Source: Balanoglossus misakiensis
Lineage: Eukaryota; Animalia; Hemichordata
Direction: 5' to 3'
NCBI GenBank assembly: GCA_040954595.2
Contig: CM082586.2
Coordinates: 12,398,314-12,462,313 of the forward strand
DNA length: 64,000 bases
In this document: positions 1 through 12,409 of the stretch, one piece after another
How the letters are laid out: every line of letters begins with the position of its first letter
Numbering within the stretch: the stretch's first letter is position 1
Program-made: the position numbers and the translations under genes
The notes under the pieces: model-generated
Databases searched by the model: none
The model's input: only the letters and a program-made list of their open reading frames with translations
Told to the model about the DNA's origin: nothing

Positions 1-1239
1 TAGTGTTTTGAAGTTGAAAACTTGCAAAGTGTGCAGTTTTATTCACACTACAAAGGAAACATTGTTGAAACGGATTATCTGTGTACATTGTCAAACTGTA
101 CACTTGTCGTGAGATTTATTCTCAATTATATTATATCATGCTACAGTCCACAATTCTGATTGGACGAGAGTTCAATTCAGCGATGCTAAAATACTCAATA
201 ATGCACTGCTGGCAGTGGTAAAAACGGGCTTTCTGTTTGCCACCTGGGTTTGTTCTTTAGGTTGTTGTATGTGTTTACACTCATCATGTTTATTGTAGAA
301 CCAGGGTCGATCAGTGAGGCAACTGCTGTTTGTTCTATCTGCACTGTTACTCGAGGCCTCCTGCCATTTGATTGTTGTACAGTGAGACAGTATTCATCTC
401 CCGAGCTGTCTTCCACTTTATGCACAGCTTTGACAGTTTCATCCTTGTCTACCCTATTTGCCTTGCCTTTTGATCGGCAGCATTTGGCAAAATGGTTATG
501 TTTGCCACACTTCCTGCATGACTTGCCTTTAGCTGGACATACTGAGTCATGTGGATAGGTGCCACCACAATAATAACAAGTGGACGGTCCTTTCGCTGGC
601 TGCTGATGAGCTCTCTTTTGTTTATTTGGTTTCGGGCGTTGATGGCGCTGTTTTCTGACCGCATTCACAGATGCCGTATCTGCACCATATTTTGGGTTTT
701 CTCCTCAATCCCACTAGCCTGAACCTCTGATACCTCAAATGAACGGGCTGTACTCAGTAGATTCTCTAGTGTCGTCTCCTCCCGAAGAGCACGACGTCTG
801 AGACGGGCTGATGTGAATCCTCGTATGATTTGTGATTTGACCTCTTGATCCTTATTGGTGAAGTCACATATGTTTCTGCTAGGCGTTGCAAACAAGTGTG
901 ATAGGCATCAATCGATTCGCCGTTGTTTTGTATGGTGTCTCTGAAGATGAATCGTTCGTATTCAATGTTCCGTTTGGGTGAGAAGTACGACGTAAGCTTT
1001 AATTTGGCTGTTTCACAGCTCGTTCCTGTATCTGGTAGAGTATCAAAGAAGTCGGAAACTTCCTCACCTGCCCAGTGCAATAGCAGTGCACGTTGTCGCT
1101 TGTCATCTGTAATGTTGAATGCGACAAATGCGTTTTCTACTCTAGCCATGTACTTTTTCCATCTCGTACTGGTGGTTGTCGGATCTGAATGAATAGGAAA
1201 ACTCGGCATTGACGGCTAGCTGATTCTCCATGTTCTCCG

Positions 1240-1251
1240 TCCTCGTCGCCA
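1240..1251 (-). promoter_or_regulatory. Primer-binding site complementary to the 3' end of tRNA-Ser(GCT)
   Basis: The minus strand reads TGGCGACGAGGA, 2 nt from the LTR end. It is complementary to the metazoan tRNA-Ser(GCT) end ...UCCUCGUCG-CCA (recalled sequence). Copy B is at 20674-20685. Confidence 0.75.
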
Positions 1252-1253
1252 AA

Positions 1254-1424
1254 TATAGAATCGTGGGTGGGCAATAATGACAACACGAGACACCAAGTCC
1301 GGCATGTAAGAGTGAGAGTGCTTAGCCTCGTTCACGCACTTTATTCATAATGACCCGAATGTTGCATTACGTCATTTTACAGAATGTATAAAGTATAGAT
1401 GCTCACCAGTGTTTGGACACTACA
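1254..1424 (-). repeat. ~171-bp 5' LTR of the Gypsy element
   Basis: On the minus strand it starts TGTAG and ends CTATA (CTACA with one change). AATAAA is present at ~1340-1345, and the LTR abuts the PBS. Copy B is at 20688-20858. Confidence 0.7.
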
Positions 1425-1625
1425 GTATACATGTGACTGCAGTGTCTTTCCAATCATGAATTTGCAAGGTGTCCTTCAGAGAAATTCTTCTGATTCTCTT
1501 TTCTGATTTGCTTTGCATATATAACTTAATGATCTCATTTGTTGGAATTCCCTGTCTCAAATTTTTGATGATCAGTCTCTGCCCAATTGCTCATCGTCCA
1601 AACTTTCTTGTGTATTGAAAACCAG

Positions 1626-1749
1626 GAATCAACCAATGCGATCCCAATCCGTGCTTGAACAGTGGTTTCTGCCAGATGACATCTGGATCATGTCAACTGT
1701 ACACATGTTTCTGTCAGAATTGTTTTCACTGGTGACCTTTGTGAACAAA
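1626..1749 (+). pseudogene. 8-Cys EGF-like exon (+1 frameshift in this copy)
   Basis: AG|...|GTAAGT. Reads INQCDPNPCLNSGFCQMTSGSCQLYTCFCQNC(fs)TGDLCEQ. Confidence 0.85.
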
Positions 1750-1893
1750 GTAAGTTTTGATTTATTGTCTTGGGTTAATAATTTATACAGTTCAAAGTAT
1801 CACCATTTCTTTCAATGTGTAGATTTTTTTGTTTTTCTCTACAAGTGTAATCAAGATCTGCATGAAAATTTGTGTCGCTGTCTCCAAACCCAG

Positions 1894-2041
1894 CTAGTCC
1901 ATACAACCAACAGTATGAATCACCACCTCATGCTGGGCGTAGCCATAGGCTATACATGCCTGCCGGTATCGAAGGCCATTATGAGTATTGGTACCAGACC
2001 CCTCTTGAGAATGAATCATGGTTCCACCCTTATGGTAAAAA
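1894..2041 (+). pseudogene. Probable non-EGF exon following the EGF array
   Basis: CAG|...|GTAAGA with a phase-1 start and an open frame SPYNQQYESPPHAGRSHRLYMPAGIEGHYEYWYQTPLENESWFHPYGK. Also open in copy B (21327-21474). An alternative donor lies after 2034. Confidence 0.55.
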
Positions 2042-2084
2042 GTAAGATTACTCCATGCTAATAAATGACAATATTAGAATGAAA

Positions 2085-2490
2085 GTACATTCTAAGTGAC
2101 TTGTCTGGAGCATCGGGCCACTTAATCCCGAAAAATTGCAATCGGCCTGATTTTCAGTTAACCAATCTAAAGCCCAACTTTTCGTGTATTTAGTTGGGTT
2201 TCTAAAACTAACAAATTTATTGACAATATTTATAGCATGATGAACACTACTCTCATCAAATAAAATAATGTTGTGTCGTCCACAACTGGTGTAATTTTTA
2301 TGTGTTTGGAATCGTAGACACCATTTATCTTTTAGTCAACTCTAAATCTAATATAACAGTCGCGAAAATTGCTATGACAAACAAAAAATGAAGTGCTGAC
2401 AGGGGACACCCTTGTCAGATCCCTTTGGATGGATAACATTTAGAGAAGACATTGCCATTTTTCAAACATCTAGTATGTGATTATACATAG
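2085..2490 (-). mobile_element. Degenerate L1/Tx1-clade LINE reverse-transcriptase fragment
   Basis: Minus strand gives SKGI*QGCPLSAL (2391-2430), VDDTTLF (~2265-2285) and FGIKWPDAPDKSL (~2095-2133). Copy B is at ~21520-21922. Confidence 0.7.
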
Positions 2491-2496
2491 TTTTAA

Positions 2497-2781
2497 CCCT
2501 AACGCTGCCAAGTCAGTTTGATATCCAGGGTGCCTAGAATCCTGGCTCCCAGGCCTGTTAGGCTGCCAAGGGCAAGTTACGCAGTAGGGCCTATACAAGA
2601 CCCTCAAACCAAACCAGAGCAAACCAGTACGATTTAGTACATTTAAGGGGGCTTAGACTGCCAAGTGTGTTATGAGAGCCATGGCAAGACAGTCAAAATA
2701 CTTTTAGGAAGAAAAAATGGCAAATACATATTTTAAGGGACTTGACACTCTAAACAGGTATGACACCTAGTAGCATTAGGG
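2497..2781. mobile_element. piggyBac-like MITE (285 bp)
   Basis: TTAA|CCCTAACGCTGCCAAGT ... ACCTAGTAGCATTAGGG|TTAA: imperfect TIRs, CCC/GGG termini and a TTAA target duplication. Copy B is at 21930-22221. Confidence 0.7.
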
Positions 2782-2785
2782 TTAA

Positions 2786-3445
2786 AATATAACTGCAAGC
2801 CAAAATGGTCATCTGAGGTCACCCGAAATTTGGGCAAAATTGTTTGACCCCATACTGGTCCAGGTCCATCAGAAACCAAACCTGTCGCCTGGAATTAGGT
2901 ATGCACATAATTAATGAGTTAAGCAGTTGTACAGGTGACCTCAAAATTCGGCTTTTCATTTTAGTCCCATCCCTCGAAATGCTAAGGCTGTACCTGCTCT
3001 GGAGGCCGAGATATGAGAAAGTAGATCACCTGAGGTCACCCAAAATTTTATGGAAAAAATTGGATCCCACACTTGTCCATGTCCAACAGAAACAAAACCT
3101 CTAGCCCTATTGGTAAGCCTAGAATTAGGTATGCACATAATTAATTAGGTCAAAGGTCAAGGGGTAACAAGTACATGTGTATGCTTCATCCCACCAAATA
3201 TGAAGTCTGTCGGTCTAATAGTTACGTACTTATGAGCATTTATGTTATATATAGTTCAAAGGTCACCAAGGTCACGTGACATTGCGGCGAAATGATTTGG
3301 TCCAATAGTTGTACCTGTCCACCAAAAATCAGCTCCCTAGGTGTATTAGTTAGCGTAGAAGTAGATATGTGTTTTTCAAGGTGGGTCAAAGGTCAAGGGG
3401 TCACCCGAAATTTGGCTTCTCATTTCGGCCCCTTGGTCAGTCCCT
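2786..3445. repeat. Interspersed non-coding repeat with internal ~230-bp duplication and GGTCAAAGGTCAAGGGGT motifs
   Basis: TGAGGTCACC...GAATTAGGTATGCACATAATTAAT occurs twice (2814-2915, 3030-3146). GGTCAAAGGTCAAGGGG occurs at ~3148 and ~3384. The end motif (minus GCTTGCAGYTATATT) resembles GCTTGCAGCTTTAA at 44080. Confidence 0.5.
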
Positions 3446-3575
3446 GTCACACTCCATAAATGGAGACATGTTCTGCGCAACCGCAGTACGTGTAACCTCT
3501 TGAACTCAGATGTGCACATGCGTACAGCAGTCCCTGTTCACACCATAAATGGAGACGTGTTCTGCGCAACCACAG
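3438..3575 (+). repeat. Short tandem duplication (~90-bp period)
   Basis: CAGTCCCTG...CATAAATGGAGACRTGTTCTGCGCAACC occurs twice. Confidence 0.7.
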
Positions 3576-4559
3576 CTGGACCTGTGAAAGATCAAATCCG
3601 ATCGACCTATTTAGTTTCCGTATATTATATTGACCAATGCAGACTAAATCTAATAGAATTACTACATGTAGTATATCGTGTATAATACACACGTTTGGCA
3701 ATATTGCAGTTTGAGTGTTAGATGCAGACGTGTATACCCGATCTAAATTTCCGGCCTACACATGTACATGTATCACTGTTCACGTGCACATACACCTTAA
3801 CTGCGTTCTGAAAATGACATGGTATTTTCAAAATGTTACCCCAGATTACCCCATCATGTGAGAGCCATGAAACTCACACCCATTGTCCAGCAGTAGTTAG
3901 TTGACTATCCTATTCACTCAAAACAAAAAGAACGGGTGTGAAAAAGTCACTAAAACAGCATTGATACAGAGGTGTATAACACTGTCCATGATTTCAAGAG
4001 AAAAACATGAACGCAGCCCAGGCAGATCGGTCACTGTATGTGGCGATATCTTTCTAAGTATTTCACTCAACTTGTACAGACGATGCCATGCTGTCTTCTG
4101 GAATGTGCTGGTAACGTCACACATCAAAACATATTGATGAAGCCCTTCCCTGCGGCTCGGGCATCATGAATATTATTAAGGTCAAAGATCACCATCCCTT
4201 GTGCAGGCAAAAGATCATGATATTGCCCTTGCTAACATGTGTTATTATTTAAATACGATGTTGTCATAGCTTTACTATGCAGGTATAGTAAAGCCTATGC
4301 CTTGGTCCAGACCCCCCATGGTCAATGAAAAAATATGAAATATAATGATCAAAAATCTTCTTCTCAAAATCGGCATACCCTAATTTGAAAATTTCGCCCT
4401 TATATGGTCATCAGGTCACTTGACTAATTTAACATTCACGGACGTACTGCACCAGATCTCATTGGCCTGCATCATTGTGCCAAATTTGAGAATTGTAGGT
4501 TCAGCCGTTTTCAAGATCCTAGTGGCCGATGAAAGTGCCAAAGAAGAAAAAAATGCCAA

Positions 4560-4703
4560 CAATACCAATAGGGTCAATAGGGGCTTGGGCCCCTAAAAAC
4601 CCCAGTAATAACAATAGGGGCCCCGCCCATAGGGGCTTGGGCCCCTAAAAACGCGAGTAATACCAATAGGGGCCCCGCCCATAGGGGCTTGGGCCCCTAA
4701 TAA
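4560..4703 (+). repeat. GC-rich hairpin minisatellite, probably the reiterated end of a non-autonomous element
   Basis: AATACCAATAGGGGCCCCGCCCATAGGGGCTTGGGCCCCTAA occurs about 3 times in A and twice in B (24022-24115). The GGGGCCC/GGGCCCC stem is visible. Confidence 0.7.
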
Positions 4704-5177
4704 GTTAGTTGTAAAGTTATTACTGAGCTTGAATTTCACTAGCGACTAAAACTAAACAAAAACAAATCAAAGTATCACAAGCTTTATTTTGGTTTGATGT
4801 AGGATGTAATATGCTTATAGCACACTGCCAAATTAATGTCAACCAATAAGACCGGTAGGATATGATCGAAAACCACACGTATTAATGTGTAAAAGGCCGA
4901 ACTTCCCAATAAATTTGGGTAGCCGACTACAGAGTCGAACCGATGCATGAACTGAAGTATCAAGACACATGGACTATTATTGATTGTTTCAGCAATTTGA
5001 CTTAAGTTTATAATTTCCTATGGCAGTTTTTGCCGACAAGAATCAATGCCTGACCAAACAAAATGGACATTTTCACATGATCGTTACTGAGGTCACAAGT
5101 TAGCCAAGCCCTCATACACGCGCTATTCGGACGTATCGGTGATCTGTTTATGTGTTTAGCTAAGGTGGTAAACTGTT

Positions 5178-5997
5178 CATCAATCAATCAATCAATCAAA
5201 ATGACTTATAGAGCACCAAACTCCACTGCAATAGTGTTCAATAGCGCTTTACAATGTAAAGTTATGTTAATAGGCTCTGTTAAACAGATAAGTCTTGATG
5301 TGTTTCTTGAAACTGTCAAGTCTAGGTGACTGGCATACTTCTATTGGGACACTCTTCCAAATGAGTGGGGCGATATACGGTACATGAAGTAGAAATTTGT
5401 CATTTGAACGAAGAAGTCTTGTTGAAGTTTTCAGATGGATTAAGTCAGAGATGTAAGCTGGTGCTGTGTTGTTTAATGCCTTATATGTCATAAGCAAGAT
5501 CTTGTATTGGATTCTATAGTGTACAGGCAACCAATGTAAATCCATGAGAACACGAGTAATATGATCCGTTTTACGGGTATGAGAAACGATCCTGGCTGCA
5601 GAATTCAGGGCATGCTGTAGCATGCATGATGATGGTAAACCACAGAGTAGTGCATTACAGTAGTCCAGTTTTGATGTGATTAGAGCATGAACCAGCATCT
5701 GGCAAACTTCCTTAGTGAGGTAACGGCGAATGTGGCTGATTTGACGCAGATGGAAGAAAATTGACTTGCAAATTGCATTAATGTGCTTATTGAAAGTGTA
5801 ATTGTCGTCGAATGTCACACCTATATTCCGTGCAGAATTCACAATTTGAACACAACATGATCCAATGCTCATGTGGTTTATGGGACGAGGCGAGCGGTTG
5901 AACTGAGACCTTATCAGGAGTACCTCGGTTTTGCCACCATTGAGTTGAAGTTTATTATGTGTCATCCAGGTTTTTATTTCGTGAACTGCCCTTTCCA
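5178..5997 (-). mobile_element. L2/CR1-group LINE 3' end with (TTGA)n tail (copy A, shortened by a deletion)
   Basis: ORF 5267-5965 has [31 protein letters not shown] and [16 protein letters not shown]. The 3' UTR and (CAAT)n lie at 5179-5199. Confidence 0.92.
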
Positions 5998-8218
5998 GTT
6001 AAATATCGCAACTAGCCATAATGTTTGACTGGGAGGAGCACCTATACTAATGCGAGAACCAGGGATTGAAAGTTGCACCTATGTTTTGATCCCTTAGTTA
6101 CCCTTATAAGTACATTTGTAGTTTAATAACCATAGTTCTATTGCAAACCATTCTTTCCGTAGTTTTTTTTTTCAAATATTGTAATCTGAATTTATTTTGG
6201 TGTTTAACAGGTGTGATTATCTGTATTGACGGCCATTTTGAAAAATATTGGTTGCCATGGAAACTCTTCAACAGATATTTAGTGACTCGCTATCTGAATT
6301 TGTTCAGTACACATTAACACACATCTGAGCCAAGTTTGGTATTTTTATCACAAAATACACAATCGATATGAAAATTTGGGTTTTGGTGCTCCACTACATA
6401 AGTAACATTAAGGATGTACATTCAGTAAAATTGAAAGCATTGTCATTTTTTTTAATTGTTGATTTTTTTATTCTCCTTTGTATGTATAATGAAAATCCGT
6501 AATAAAATATAGGGGTCACCGGGCTTGTTTTTGAAATACAGAGCCATGAGTTTGGTCGATAATAGAAGAAATCTGCTGACTCAGCATTTTTCACCAATGG
6601 TTTGTCTATGGGCAAAATTCTTAACGCAATTTATCTCAAAAAGAGCGCGGTGACCCCTATATTTTATTTGACCAATGAATTTATATTTGCTGGACTGAGC
6701 TATGTGTAAAATTTCGTGAAAATGACAATAGTAGAAGTTTGTTTTCTGGCGATTATCAATGTAATCCTATGGGAAAAAGACCGGGCGTGCAGTGTTTCTA
6801 GTTTATGTTCTGCGCGTACATCCTTGATAAAGTTTGCTGGCTAGAGGGCTCCTTAACCTCCCTAATATTTGACGTCTTCACTCCTACAGGACTGCGCAGC
6901 TGGAAGTTATAGTTCAGCATGTTCTGAAGCATGCACGCTGTGTCCAAGGGTTTCATGTGTGGAACAGCCAGCCTCTCATCACCAACACAATGTGGACAGG
7001 GATATTTTGCCAACAATGGAAGTATAGACTGTATGCCTTGTCCTGCCCCGGGTATAAGTGCCAATATGATGGTATGTCGGAGCCAGAGGTGTGTGAAGAT
7101 GTATACTACACTAATATAGAGGGTGAGTCAGCACTTAAAATTTGGGCATTACTGTGTAATCTTTCACTTAAGGCGGACGATCATCTTATGTGCATGTGCG
7201 TAATTCTGTGCGTACAAACATTACGTCCAGTCCAAATATTCTGCCAATTTTACATCCAATGCATTCAAATAGTGGACTGCTTCGCTTTCATCCAGTTTTC
7301 ATGTGCATCGTATAAGTAGACTTTTGTTTTGTCCCGTCTTTTCACCGAATTTGCTCTTTTCCAAATATCTGACACAGACTATGATCGTCACGATCTTGTC
7401 TGTTGTTAGAACAGCACACTGTCATATGGCATTGACTGTATACAGTTTCTGTTACCAATATCTCTGGTTTGGCATTTTCCTGTCCTCAATCATTTGCCAG
7501 GGATTTTTGTCTCCCCAACCCGCGTGAGAATCCCACGTCTTTGAAGGTATGACTGTGACTATAAGATTCTATAAATCTCTGTTTATTTTCAGCACAAACA
7601 TCATGTGCTGATTGGCCAACTGGTAACCAATGTCCAAATGGTAACACTGTGATTTTATGCTCGGCTGGTTATTACAGTTCGGCCTTGGACAAAGGATGTC
7701 TCGCTGTACCTCTTGCATAAAAGGTAAACTTCTACCCACCCACCTTTATTTCCAACATCAAACATTAGGTCAGGTAATTTACTAACTGAAAAATAGGATG
7801 GGAACATTTTCCATTTCTGTATTTAAAATTTACTGATATAATATATGAATGAAAAAATGACAAATTTTCCAAATTTGAATAGACCTCTATTTATGAAAAT
7901 AATTAAAATTTGCGCCAAATTTTTACAGTGGTATTTAAAGGTTAACTTGGTGTGTTAATTCTTTGTTTGATTTACAGATCAGCCGGTGCTGAACAGTGTA
8001 CTATTTGTGAGCAAGGGTACGCCTGCACAGATCCCAGTGCATCGCAATTCAAGTGTACCAAGGGTTACGTGTCATTGGCTAGTGCAACAAACTGTACCAG
8101 ATGTACAAATGGTAAGATTGTGGTACTTGTTCAGTTTGCTGTGTGATGAAACTGAGGGGTATGTCTGTATGCATGTATGTGTTTACAACAGATTTTCAAG
8201 TCAGTGCGACTGGGGTTA

Positions 8219-8257
<39 letters not shown>

Positions 8258-8260
8258 GTT
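8219..8260 (+). repeat. (TG)n/(TATG)n microsatellite
   Basis: Read directly; shorter in copy B (~29000-29030). Confidence 0.9.
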
Positions 8261-9127
8261 TACAACAGATTATCAACTCGGTGCGAGATCTTGCGAGACC
8301 CGGTTAGCCATGTGAGATCTCGCAGAGTCTTATGATATTCAGAAAATGGTTGATTAGAAATGACGTTTAATGTCCTCCAAAGAATTTTCTACATGCCTGT
8401 ATACTTGTCTCAGAATTATGAAGTGAATCATCTCAAGTAATTTGTTATTTTAAATGACACTGTATCACAAATACTTCACTAAAAACCTCATTTTCTTTGA
8501 TCAGATGAAATAAGTGAGGAGCCTGCACGCACATCCCATCTTCTGTGCCCTGCTGGACAATCGTGTTCAGATCCAATGTAAGATCCGCTTGACTGTGGCA
8601 ATGGTGAATATGCTATGGAAGGCGACGGCACATGCACGCCTTGTCCAGCAGGATCCAAGTGTCCAACCATGTCACCCGTAGTGGATTGTTCAACAGTTAC
8701 TGGTAAGTTGGGCTGCAAATCACTCTTGTGACTTCCCTGTGTTATAGCATGACATACACAGAAAATTAAACTGTTATGCTCATTGGAGTTGATATTGTGA
8801 TGCACTTTGAGAAACACAATGATTCCACTGAAGAGGTATTGTACAGTAACACCTGTGATTACGGACATCTCTCTAATAAGGGATCGTTGGACCAAACCAA
8901 TCGTTCTTTGAATTTTTTTTGTGATAGGTTCATACTCGCTAGGTTCGGCCACGTCCTTCTGGTTATGAATGCACAACTACAAGTGTCACACAGTGCGCTA
9001 CAGGGCAGTAAAGTGTTGAAGGAGGTAAGTCTTGAAATCTCTTTTCTTCTGGTCTCGATTTGAACATGGTTCCACAAGTTGTTTTCATCACTTGTAGTTT
9101 TACATATTTTTTGAGTTCAACAGCTAT

Positions 9128-10143
9128 GCTATACATGGTGTCCTGAGAAGTCGACCAGTATGAGAAGTCGGTATCGGCCAGTACGAGAAGTCGGCCTGTG
9201 GGAGAGAACCCTGGTACTTTGTGTTATATATAACTGTTTCACTACGAAATGTTTCCTTGATGTACAGGAGCTGAGATATTTGTACAAATAGCCGATGAAT
9301 TTTAAAACTGTCTGTTCACTTTGCATGTACGTCACCGGGGTACGTCAACATCAGTCACCTGCACTTCTTGCGCTGCGCCAGTAGTCAGTTCCTCGTTACG
9401 TTTGTTTGTTTGGTGTTGTCTCAAAGTATGCATATACACATACATCTTCTATGTATTTTAGTAGGCTTTGAAACAACTCCCTGTAAAGGGACAAAGTCTC
9501 TCTCTCGCTGCCCTTTTTCCATTAATAATATTTGATACAAGACACCATTTATTTATTCTAAATGTGGATATATAGTGAATCAACGTTCAACCACACACAA
9601 CTTCAATCCAACTTGTAGACACGAGAGTGAAAAACTTGCCAAAATGAATAATCGTTGTTTACCATTTATTCATTTTGGCGGGATTTTTACACTCATATCC
9701 TACAAACGGGATGGAATTTGTCTGTAGTTGAATGTGGATTCTCAATATATCCACATGTAGAATAATGTGAACGGTGTCTTGTATCAAACATAATTAATGG
9801 AAAAAGGTTCGCGCGAGAGAGACTTTGTCCCTTTAATCAGAAATGTCACAGGAATTTGGCGAACAACCTAAGCTCCTTACGCGGATACGGGGCTGGGGAG
9901 CCGGTACGGATGCCAGACGCCATTATTTGAAATGACGCCATTGTGTTGTCAAGAATTTGGGAAATCCGTCCAAATGAAAATATTTAGTGCAATTATATTT
10001 TATTAAGTGTTGTTATAAGTAATCTGGGTCATCACTGCACTATTCGGGTACAAGTTCAACAACTGGCCGACTTCTCGTACTGGCCGACTTCTCATACGCG
10101 CGTACTGGCCGACTTCTAATCTGGCCGACTTCTCATGTATTCC
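9128..10143. mobile_element. Non-autonomous DNA element with inverted arrays of subterminal repeats
   Basis: The left end repeats CCAGTAYGAGAAGTCGG (9146-9197). The right end repeats the reverse complement TGGCCGACTTCTCRTA four times (10064-10140). Copy B is at ~29910-30576. Confidence 0.7.
9487..9832. mobile_element. Kolobok-like palindromic MITE nested in the previous element (copy A only)
   Basis: GTAA|AGGGACAAAGTCTCTCTC ... GAGAGAGACTTTGTCCCT|TTAA. The arms are complementary over nearly the whole length. Copy B has a single TTAA (30283-30286). Confidence 0.75.
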
Positions 10144-11562
10144 TATACATTAGTGAAAATTGGGGAAACTGGTGTTTTTCAGACAACTTATGAAGTCCCT
10201 TTCGCAATATTAACTCTAAAACAGCGGGTGATATTCCTTTTAAAATTTAACCAAATAAGCATACTTGAACTCTGTCATATCGGCAAAACACTCACTACAC
10301 AAGCTGCTGTTATTCTACAGACATGACATGTGCTGATTGCGGCGTAGGTAACTACTGTCCAGATGGGTCAGACAGCCCCATTCCTTGTCCATCAAGTTAT
10401 TATGCTGACACAGCCACAGAAGTATCCTGTACCCCTTGCGATCCAGGCTGTCAGTGTGCAGCAACATCACCCACTTGCCTGCACATCAAGAACCTACTCT
10501 CTGGGACCATCAACAACATGTACTCCCCTTCTACCAGGTTTGTAGTCGTCTTAGTCGTAAAAACATATTTCAGGTGTTGCGCACCTCGAAATAAAGGGTC
10601 GTCTGATCATGTTTAAATTAATACTGATGATACTATGACTTCTAAACATTTAATCTATGGAATAAAAATTGGGGGTCAACCATCTAGAGTTTTGAAAAAG
10701 CGCCCTTTATCTAGCACCTCTTTCAGATTTTGCCAGGCTCGTAGATTTTTGTAAAATGGCCTCAAAAATAAGAATTTTGGGAGGTTTGTCATATTTTTTC
10801 ACCATTGTAGAATCTAAATGTTCTGAATTATTTTATTTTTAGCAATTTTGAGATTGATTCATGTTCAGTATGATAATCGCATGTCAATACAACTGTTACA
10901 TTAAAGGAAAAGTTCAAATCCGCCTAAAACCACATTGCATTGGTACCTAGTTAAGTTGTCCTCACTTCTGATGCAAAATTTTGATGTGCAATGCACGTGT
11001 CTGTGAAATTGACGAATAAAAAAATTGTATACCAGTGCAAAATTAAAAACTCCCTGTGCAGCCATCTTGGCAACTGCATGCTGGGAAAAGTACTCGGATG
11101 ATGACGAAAAAGTTTCGGGGTTCCGTGTAGTGCTACCCCGGAATACAATGTTGGGTGCAGACTACAACTATGGAAAAGAGATGCAGAATGTCATGTGATA
11201 TAGTAGTGAAAACAAATACACGTTGGTTCACGTATTTCAGCTCTCAGCAATCAGGGTGCATTGAAAGGCCTTGATTGGTGTGATATTCACAATTGATTAT
11301 TATAAATACTTACAGTTGTATACTGTTTTATTTTGTAAATATTGTGTACATTTGCAGCAATGGATCCGTGCGAACACAAACCTTAACCCATGCCGCAATG
11401 CTGGTACTTGCCAAGCAATCCAGGGATCTTGTACAGGCGTCACATGTCAATGTGCTGGCTGCTACCTGGGCTTCACATGTGAAACACGTGAGTACAGTAC
11501 TTTGTCATTTATTAAAAAATCTAAGTGCTGAGGTACATTGTAGTAATAATAGCAGGTGTAGT

Positions 11563-11590
11563 CATTATCATCATCATCATCATCATCATC
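11563..11590 (+). repeat. (CAT)n microsatellite
   Basis: Read directly. Confidence 0.9.
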
Positions 11591-11942
11591 TTTAAGTCAG
11601 TCATATGATCGGTAATAAAAACAGTAAAATCACCAGTATAAAAACATAACAGAGAAATAATGAACGTGTACTGGTGTTACCATAGGTAAGTGTTGTATAA
11701 AATTTTGAATTCCTGTCTTCCAGTTCCTAATCCATGCTTCACTAGTCCTTGTCTCAATGGAGGTACCTGCCAACAACAGGCAAATTCTTGTACTGCCACC
11801 ATTGGCATGTGCACAGAGTGTTACTAGGGAACCAGGTGTGAGACAAGTAAGTTTGAATCTATAGCAGTTAATAATGATAATTATCATTTTTTTTTATTAT
11901 GATTTAAACTTCACTGATGTTGTACAAACACAAAAATAGAAA

Positions 11943-12409
11943 TAATAATAATAATAATAATAATAATAATTTATTTGTATAGCGTCAGTATCCACAAAAA
12001 ATGTGATCAATGATGCTTAAAGCAAAAGTACAATACAACAAATGGCTAAAAAACAGATTTAAAAAGTAAAGTTTTAACATTTGATTTAAAAACAGATAAG
12101 TCTGGTGCCTGGCGAATGGTGAGTGGAAGATTATTCCAAAGAATTGGAGCAGCAACAGTAAAAGCACGATCACCATAACTCTTGGTGCGTGATCGAACAG
12201 GGCAGAGTTTGAACTGATCAGCTGACCTTAAATTGCGACACGGAACATATAGATTAGTCATGCTAGAAAGATAGATTGGACCAAGTTTATGAATGGATTT
12301 AAAAATGAGAACTAACATCTTAAAAACAATACGCTCTGTAACAGGTAGCCAGTGCAACTGATACAAAATTGGAGTGATATGACAGGTGATTTTTGAACGA
12401 GTAACAATC
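11943..12409 (-). mobile_element. 5'-truncated L2 LINE with (TTA)n tail (copy A only)
   Basis: Open ORF 12046-12366 has LHWLPVTERIVFK and YGDRAFTVAAPILWNNLP. (AAT)n lies at 11941-11970. AGAAA flanks both sides (11938-11942, 12410-12414), and copy B has one AGAAA at ~30818. Confidence 0.9.

Larger units (their letters stand above)
221..1424 (-). mobile_element. Ty3/Gypsy (Mag-like) LTR retrotransposon 5' fragment: LTR, PBS, frameshifted gag and protease start
   Basis: Three frameshifted ORFs (766-1209, 665-895, 195-668). They give gag motifs WKKYMARVENAF, RALLLHWAG and NIEYERFIF, zinc-knuckle-like CYYCGGTYPHDSVC and CRKCGKHNHFAKCC, and the protease motif LIDPGSTIN (degenerate DTG). No RT or integrase follows. 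Confidence 0.9.
6890..10537 (+). pseudogene. Six exons of a Cys-rich GCC2/GCC3 (ephrin-receptor-like) repeat protein, disrupted
   Basis: AG/GT-bounded exons at 6890-7122, 7593-7723, 7978-8111, 8505-8702, 8928-9024 and 10321-10537. They give CxxCPxGxxC repeats such as CTICEQGYAC, CTPCPAGSKCP and CADCGVGNYCP. Frameshifts and stops are present (TAA 8579, TAA 9009). Confidence 0.8.

Noticed and set aside
195-1209. Domesticated gag gene
   Set aside because: It is frameshifted in both copies, has a mutated protease motif and retains LTR and PBS, so it is a decayed element.
9146-10140. Short repeats with spacers resembling a CRISPR array (also 4560-4703)
   Set aside because: The context is eukaryotic, the repeats are inverted at the two ends of a transposon or are simple tandem units, spacers are not uniform, and there are no cas genes.
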